A stretch of DNA of 64,000 nucleotides from Candidatus Methanoperedenaceae archaeon (GTDB taxonomy: Archaea; Halobacteriota; Methanosarcinia; Methanosarcinales; Methanoperedenaceae): assembly GCA_963753595.1 (NCBI GenBank), contig CAVWCX010000004.1:27929-91928 (forward strand), read 5' to 3'. The notes under the pieces were generated by a model, which was not told the DNA's origin, did no database searches, and saw only the letters and a list, made by a program, of their open reading frames with translations. Positions 62,232-64,000 of this stretch are shown one piece after another (within the stretch, counting starts at the first letter, position 1; the number at the start of each line of letters is the position of its first letter). Both the position numbers and the translations under genes were made by a program.

Positions 62232-64000
62232 ATGAACTTCCAGATTCTCGATGCTGACTATACCTACAGCGATGATAAGCCTGTAGTAAGGCTTTATGGA
62301 AGAGATGAGTCCGGAAACAGTATATGCTGCCGTGTACCAGGGTTTGAACCATATTTTTATGCAAAAGCAGAGCCTGGATTGTCAGTTATTTTGCTGGAAA
62401 AGTTCAAGGATCATATAAAAAGGATCGAGCAGGTAAAGCGGTTTGAACCCGTGGGCTATTTCAAGGACAAAACCAGCATGCTAAAGATCATCCTTTTTGA
62501 TCCGAAAAGTGTCCCCATCATCCGCGATGATGTACGAAAAATGGTAGATGAGATTTACGAGACAGATATTCTTTTCAGGAACAGGTATATGGTGGATACG
62601 GGGATTGGCGGCATGGGCTGGGCAAAAGCAGAACCGGAAGTGGATACCAGCAACGAGATCCTGAGCGACCTGATAATAACATCAAGGAATGTAGAACCTG
62701 TTGAAATCCTGAAAAACGCTCCTTTACGGCATCTTGCATTCGATATCGAGTGCCTGCCATTAAATGGCGCCATGCCGGTGCCTGAAACCTCACCGATCGT
62801 ACTGATGAGCCTTGCTTTTTCCCCTGATTTTGAAGGCAAAAAAACACTCGTCCTCGTTGGGAGGGAGGCAAGAACAGAGGGTGAAACAGAGAGCTGCGGC
62901 AGCGAAGAAGCAATGCTGAGGCGGTTTTTCGAAATAATAAAGAAGTACGACCCTGATATCCTTGTAGGCTATAACTCGAACAGTTTTGATATTCCGTATA
63001 TCGTTGACAGGATCAAAACGCTTAATAAAAAGGGAGCACGGATAGAACCCATAGCAGGCAGGGACGGCAGGACTCTTTATTACAGGAAGATCGGGAATGT
63101 AACAAGAGTGAGTGTGATGGGTCGCATTGCTGTGGACGTATTGCCTTTGCTTCGAAGGGAATTTTCTCTAAAGCAATATACGTTAAGGAATTCGGCAAAG
63201 GAATTGCTGGGGTCTGAAAAATTAGATATACCATTCCTGGAAATGGAAAATTACTGGAAAGATGATGGGGAGAAGCTTTCAAAATTCATCGAATATGCAA
63301 GGCGTGACTCGGAGCTTGCACTTCTTTTCCTGTTGAAACTCAGGCTTATTGATAAATACATCGCTCTTGCAAGGGTGAGCGGGACTCTTCTTCAGGATAT
63401 CCTGGACGGCGGACAGACACAGATGGTAGAGAACCTGATGCTTCGCGAGTACATGAAAAACGATCGTGTGCTGTCAACGCGCCCCACTGGCGAGATGTCC
63501 GATGAGCGCTATGATGAAGGCGAGGAACTTGCAGGCGCCGAAGTCCTGCCTCCAAAGAAAGGCCTGCTTGAGAATATCGTTATCCTTGATTATAAATCAC
63601 TTTACCCGACCATAATGATGGCGCATAACCTGTGCTATACAACAGAAGTTGTGGGACAAAGGCCGGATGATGTTATAGAAGCGCCAACTGGCGGTGTTTT
63701 TGTTTCCAGGAATATTGTAAAAGGTATCGTGCCATCAATCCTTGAAGATCTCCTGAACCGCAGGCAAGAGACGCGGGCTAAAATGAAAACAGCAAATGAG
63801 GAGGAAAAACGAGTGCTTGACGCCACACAGCTTGCACTTAAGATCCTTCTTAACAGTTTTTATGGCTATTCCGGATATACAAGGGCGCGGCTTTACAGTT
63901 TGACACTTGCAAGCGCCGTAACAAGCTTCGGGCGCGAGAATATCCTTAGAACGAAGGATTTGATAGAGAACGACATCAGGGAAATAATCCTGAAGGACGG
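62232..64000 (+). CDS. polB: Family B DNA polymerase (runs off the window; missing from the ORF track)
   Basis: MNFQILDADY..., AFDIEC, GYNSNSFD, DYKSLYPTIM and KILLNSFYGY motifs. Confidence 0.95.
   Translation, partial: MNFQILDADYTYSDDKPVVRLYGRDESGNSICCRVPGFEPYFYAKAEPGLSVILLEKFKDHIKRIEQVKRFEPVGYFKDKTSMLKIILFDPKSVPIIRDDVRKMVDEIYETDILFRNRYMVDTGIGGMGWAKAEPEVDTSNEILSDLIITSRNVEPVEILKNAPLRHLAFDIECLPLNGAMPVPETSPIVLMSLAFSPDFEGKKTLVLVGREARTEGETESCGSEEAMLRRFFEIIKKYDPDILVGYNSNSFDIPYIVDRIKTLNKKGARIEPIAGRDGRTLYYRKIGNVTRVSVMGRIAVDVLPLLRREFSLKQYTLRNSAKELLGSEKLDIPFLEMENYWKDDGEKLSKFIEYARRDSELALLFLLKLRLIDKYIALARVSGTLLQDILDGGQTQMVENLMLREYMKNDRVLSTRPTGEMSDERYDEGEELAGAEVLPPKKGLLENIVILDYKSLYPTIMMAHNLCYTTEVVGQRPDDVIEAPTGGVFVSRNIVKGIVPSILEDLLNRRQETRAKMKTANEEEKRVLDATQLALKILLNSFYGYSGYTRARLYSLTLASAVTSFGRENILRTKDLIENDIREIILKD

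Noticed and set aside
62232-64000. Intein in polB
   Set aside because: The SLYP and NSFYGY motifs are uninterrupted in the visible part.

Overview
This is a gene-dense archaeal chromosome segment of Methanosarcinales type. The best fit is an ANME-2d / Ca. Methanoperedens-like organism, inferred from the duplicated Methanosarcinales S-layer domain, an MfnE-like kinase, a multiheme cytochrome c lipoprotein and a sat / APS-reductase / Dsr-like cluster. Housekeeping genes include valS (5' partial), sua5, a tubulin/CetZ-like gene, mdh, oapABC, purF, rpl37e, Sm, sepF, tRNA-Ala(CGC), aEF-1beta, dim2-rio1-aIF1A, kae1-bud32, arcS, tbp, purP and polB (3' partial). Accessory content includes a decayed IS1634-like element, an intact IS4-family element that splits alkD (18-bp IRs, 10-bp TSD), a DUF6516 toxin-antitoxin pair, tandem kup genes, a copper-related gene block and acr3. 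The most notable observations are: (1) an intact bacterial-type queA-tgt pair in an archaeon that also encodes archaeosine synthase; (2) an AT-rich RNase III-domain + HEPN-motif + unknown three-gene cassette; (3) a family of 9-10-bp-periodic palindromic intergenic repeats at three loci; (4) probable non-canonical starts (CTG for aIF1A, ACG for a sugar dehydrogenase); (5) a TTTACA-N5-TGTAAA operator-like motif shared by the copper-related genes; and (6) an unannotated 8-Cys microprotein. All calls come from motif reading only; no database searches were run.
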